Shown one piece after another: positions 38,437-42,711 of a DNA stretch of 42,711 nt (the stretch's first letter is position 1; the number at the start of each line of letters is the position of its first letter). The DNA is from Conidiobolus incongruus B7586 (lineage: Eukaryota): assembly GCA_000697335.1 (NCBI GenBank), contig JNEM01009158.1, forward strand, positions 1 to 42,711, given 5' to 3'. The notes under the pieces are model-generated. The model searched no databases and had not been told where the DNA came from. It saw nothing but the letters and a program-made list of their open reading frames with translations. Position numbers and translations under genes: made by a program.

Positions 38437-39495
38437 ATGAATCGATTATTCGGTACATCCAAACCTAAAGCACCTAAAGCTACTTTACAAACTGCTATCG
38501 CTGGAGTATGTGCAATCTTAACAATATTAATAATCATAATTAACTGATTAGTTTAGGCCGATTTAAGAATCGATTCCGTAGAAGTTAAAATAAAAAAGTT
38601 AGATGCTGAACTTATGAAATATAAAGACCAAATGGCCAAGATGAGGGAAGGTCCTGCCAAAGTAAATTATATTCAAATTAATTAATTTTATTATTCTTTT
38701 TTTTCTAATTTTCTTTTTTTTGATTTAGAACGCTGTAAAACAAAAAGCTTTAAGAGTTTTAAAAAATAAAAAACAGTAAGTAAATTTAAAATACTTTAAT
38801 ATCTAAATTAATCTTTCAATTAGGTATGAAGCTCAGAGAGACGCTATTCAACAACAAGTATTTAATATGGAACAAACTTCATTTGCTACGGAAAATTTAA
38901 AGAACACGGCGGTAACTATTGAAGCTATGAAGGAGGCAAATAAAGAAATGAAGAAACAGTTTAAGAATGTTAATATTGATAAGATTGAAGTAGGTTGCAG
39001 AATATATTGCTGTATAGTAGTCATTAATCAGATTTTTAGAGTATGCAGGACGAACTCGAAGATTTGTTAGAAGAAGCCAATTTAGTGCAAGAAACTTTGG
39101 GCAGAAGTTATGGTATTTCTGAAGATATTGACGAAGCTGAATTAGACGCCGGTAATTATTATTTTAAGTAATTTTAATGAAATATATATTGATGTGATCA
39201 TTTTTAGAATTGGAAGCTTTAGAACAAGAATTCGAATTTGAAGAAGAGGCAGTTCCCTCATATCTCCAAGATAGTAATCAGTTGCCTGAATTTGTTGATG
39301 AACAACCCCAAGCTCAAACTCAGGTAATATCTTGTTGCTCCTATGTTAATATATATTTATATTAATTTAATTATTAATTTAATCCTATATAGGTTGACGA
39401 ATATGGTAATTGTTCTAAAATTATTAGTGATATTCAAATTTGGTTATAATATTTTAATTTTAGGATTACCTGAAGGTCCTATGAAAGTTACATAA
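38437..39495 (+). CDS. VPS60: ESCRT-III-related Vps60/CHMP5; 8 exons including a 13-nt micro-exon
   Basis: [14 protein letters not shown]...[25 protein letters not shown]...FNMEQTSF...[10 protein letters not shown]...DEAELDAELEAL...VDEYGLP. Confidence 0.95.
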
Positions 39496-39915
39496 ATTGT
39501 CAAATGATATTAAAAATTTTTAAATCCTGATATTGTTAACCATTATTTACATTTGGAGAATCTGTTAGTTTGGAGCTTAAATTAGGCTGACTATAAATTT
39601 GTTACATATTTCCAAAATGAATAAAAAAATAAAACTGATATTTATGTAAAATGATATTGTTTGCTGATTTGAATAAATACAGTCGTTCAGTTATTTCCAA
39701 ATTCAATAATACAATGCATATTATTTAAATTAATTTCAAGAAAATTTAAGATTGCTTGATGTTAATAAAAATTATTTACCAAAAAATAAAACAATAACTA
39801 TAATTGAATTAGTCATTAAAAAATGAATATTTTAAAAGTAGTTTCAATTAAAAACATTTTTGAATAATAAAGAATCTAATTAAACATTTATTAAAAACGC
39901 AGTCAATTGATAAAA

Positions 39916-40976
39916 TTACTGGGGAATTTCGTTGAAGGGATGTTCGAAGTACAAGTCGGGCTTAATGGTATCGATTTCGGGACTTAATAAATAGGGTTCC
40001 AAATGGGCGTAGGAGTACAAGTCAGGATTGTTGAGAGATGACGAAATGTGATTGACGATGAGTTGCAAAGCAACTTTGTTGTCTTTGCCTCTAGGTACAA
40101 TTACATCGGCATTAGCCTTAGACTAAAAAATGAATTAGTAATATGCTAAGTGGTCAATAATTGAAAACCTTACAGGCATAACAAAAGCTTCAAAGGAAGG
40201 TTTGAGCACTTTGACATAGTGATCCAACATCACTCTCAAATCTTTAGGATCTTGAATGGGGAAGCGCTTCACAACACGATTGGATAATCTGGTATCATCA
40301 TCAACATCCAAATATACTTTCATATGGAGTAAAGGTTTAATAGCATTGTTATATAATAATAAATCGCCAACGATTACAATAACGTGGGAAGGACTGTAAA
40401 CTGTAAAAGTATCTTTTCTAAAATATTGAAAATATTAATACTGAATAATTAATTATAAAATATAAAAAGTACCTAGTATAGGTCTTCAAGTCATAATCAT
40501 AAATCTTTACTTCTTGACCCTTTGTCAATTGTTTGAGAGTAGATTCCAACAATTCCCAATCGATAGCATCTAATCCAAAGTCATCAACATCAAAATAGCT
40601 CTAACTAATCAACTAAAAAACTTACCAGGATGATACAAGTTCAGTCCACTGCAATTTCTATTTTGAGCATTTGTCTGCTCAATATTCTTATAAAATTTGT
40701 TCAAGTGAACAAAATTGACTAATATTTCCCTATCTTGATTCAATTCTTTTAACTTTTGAGCTATTAATTGACCGAATTCAGTCTATAAAGTTTAGAATTA
40801 GTTTTTGGAATCTGAAGTAAAAATAAGAGATTACTTTGCCGGAATCAGGGCCACCTAAATAATAGTTTTTTCATTAATATAAATTCATTCCTTTAAATAT
40901 TATAAAATTTATTACCTCCAATACCAACGATTAAAGTATTATCCCTATCGCTATTATTTAAATTTTTTAATACCAT
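39916..40976 (-). CDS. Uridine/cytidine kinase-like protein lacking key catalytic residues; 6 exons
   Basis: IVGIGGGPDSGKT, HPDAIDWELL, YDY, MKVYLDVDDDTRLSNRV, YVKVLKPSFEAFVMPSKANADVIVPRG. The spliced frame is intact. Confidence 0.85.
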
Positions 40977-41081
40977 TTTATTTCTATTTTTAATATTTTT
41001 TTTTCAATTTTTAGGATTCTAATTTTTAATCCACTCTTATTTATAATTTTAGATACATTGATTCAATGAAAAGGGATAATT

Positions 41082-41089
41082 ATGGGATT
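41082..41089 (-). promoter_or_regulatory. AATCCCAT upstream motif (uridine-kinase-like gene)
   Basis: Sense orientation, about 105 nt upstream of the ATG. Confidence 0.6.
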
Positions 41090-42007
41090 TTCAATATAGG
41101 TATTGTTCCACATTTTTTATTTTAAAAATGGATTTTTTTAGTAAGTTTTGGTTATTTTCATTTTAGAGAGAATAAAAAAATTAACTATTTATGAGCTTTG
41201 ACCTGAGGATAAATACCTTTTTCAATCAATCAAGGTTGTTTTATTAAAGAGAAAAATAACAACTAGTTATAAGTTTCAGTTCACTCATAAAAATAATAAT
41301 AATGATAAAGATAAATTACTTTCAATTTCCAGATTTACAGGAATATTTTAAATGTTTAAAAGGTCAACATAATGGGTAATATAAAATAAATTTTAGACAA
41401 TTTTAATTTTGATTAAAACATATCCTATAATTCAAACCATTTTTTTAATTTTAGTTGTTTGTTAAGTAATATTAAATACGAGAAATTTAAATTTATTTTA
41501 ATTTGAAACTAGTTGAATACCATATCATTTTATTAATTTTATTAATTTAATAAAGATATTATAGTAATCTATTAGTGATAAATACAATATATATATCAAA
41601 ATATATTGTGAGTGTTGATTAATAATTTATCCAAATTTTATTCTTAAAATTTGTCATATATTTTTATTATTCGATTATAGTTGTTTTTTATATAGAGTAA
41701 ATAATAAATTAATACTTTTGATATAAAAGTATTGAACAAAGTGATATTTAATAAAAATAAAAAAACTAAATTTAAATCATAGAATATTGAACTTTGAATA
41801 TAAAATTTCAGCTAAAACTATAATTATGATGAAATATTAAATTAATCGATTCTTTCAAATGTATGACATATTTTATAAAAATAAATGATATAAACACTAT
41901 TACATGAGAAATATTAATTAAATGAACGAATGAATAAAACTCATCAGTTATACAAATTATTTGAATATCTAATTTCAACATGTTTTAATCTATTTAAGTA
42001 AAATGAA

Positions 42008-42403
42008 TTAAGCGCAAAAAGTATTGAAATCATTGCAAACAAAACTATTAGCATCGACATCATTGCAGCAGGTGTTTTCACAAAATGCTGCAGCTGCAAC
42101 GTTGTGATCGAAATTACTAGCATGGAAGCAGTCAGAAGCAACACAATTCTGGTCGGCAAAGAAAATTGGACACCATCCACATCCTCCCCAACCGCCCCAT
42201 CCACCACATCCTCCCCAGCCTCCCCATCCACCACATCCTCCCCAGCCTCCCCATCCACCACATCCATCCCAACCACCAAAACATCTCTTAGCTAATTTAC
42301 CACCACCACGAGGGGATGGTTGAGGTTGAGGTCTTGGAGAAGGAGCAGCTCCAACTAAAGAAGTAATAGCAACTAACAAGGCAAGTTGGTTGAAAGCAGT
42401 CAT
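42008..42403 (-). CDS. Secreted Gly/Trp/Cys-rich pre-pro-peptide, copy B (131 aa)
   Basis: Identical protein to copy A except for (CGGWGGWGG)x3 and the C-terminus FNTFCA instead of FNTFLG. Confidence 0.92.
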   Translation of the reverse strand: MTAFNQLALLVAITSLVGAAPSPRPQPQPSPRGGGKLAKRCFGGWDGCGGWGGWGGCGGWGGWGGCGGWGGWGGCGWCPIFFADQNCVASDCFHASNFDHNVAAAAFCENTCCNDVDANSFVCNDFNTFCA

Positions 42404-42711
42404 TATTGAGAATCTGATTCAATATACTGAGATTCATAATAAATGAATCTCTATTTATACATTTTCATTCATCCTAGCAATTTATCAAGAATTGAATTAA
42501 CAATGAAAAGGTTTCAAATATATTAAATCAGATTATTAAATATATTAAACATATGGAAATTAATGTAATAAAATTCAATTAATTAAAATATTATATTAAA
42601 CAATTGTATATGTGATTAATTAATGAAAAATAAGAAAATGAAAGATAAGTATTATACGGATAAAAAGACGCCCAATGTGGGGCTCGAACCCACGACCCTC
42701 AGATTAAAAGT
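42045..42711. repeat. Inverted duplication, copy B (runs off the window end)
   Basis: Reverse complement of ~29102..29742. Confidence 0.95.
42669..42711 (-). tRNA. tRNA-Lys (UUU), partial at the window edge
   Basis: The reverse complement equals the 3' 43 nt of the other two copies. Confidence 0.9.

Overview
AT-rich, intron-rich eukaryotic DNA. It is most likely from an early-diverging (non-Dikarya) fungus, possibly Conidiobolus-like. That assignment is inferred from TRAP1, human-type DPM1, Rcy1, roughly 50-nt GT-AG introns and composition. Bases 1 to about 11.8 kb are a transposon graveyard. A DD34D mariner element with long inverted repeats is split by a complete Ty3/gypsy chromovirus (399-bp LTRs, TTTTA target duplication), and a Tc1 relic follows. 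The two nested elements carry a heavy C>T/G>A load at CpA/CpT that resembles RIP. The rest holds housekeeping genes: TRAP1, ORC2, RCY1, DPM1, VPS60 and a catalytically degenerate uridine-kinase-like gene. It also holds an orphan membrane-protein gene, an orphan 146-aa ORF, disabled molybdenum-cofactor sulfurase and MATE genes, and three tRNA-Lys(UUU) copies. Three observations stand out. (1) An inverted, near-identical cassette occurs twice: tRNA-Lys, TATA promoter, and a secreted pre-pro-peptide (X-Pro pro-region, Kex2 KR site, CGGWGGWGG repeats, Cys/Asn/Asp-rich tail), with repeat-number variation and a gene-conversion-like boundary. (2) An oriented AATCCCAT motif lies upstream of seven genes. 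(3) The RIP-like hypermutation spares the linked peptide-gene duplication. All alignments, translations and counts were done by eye.
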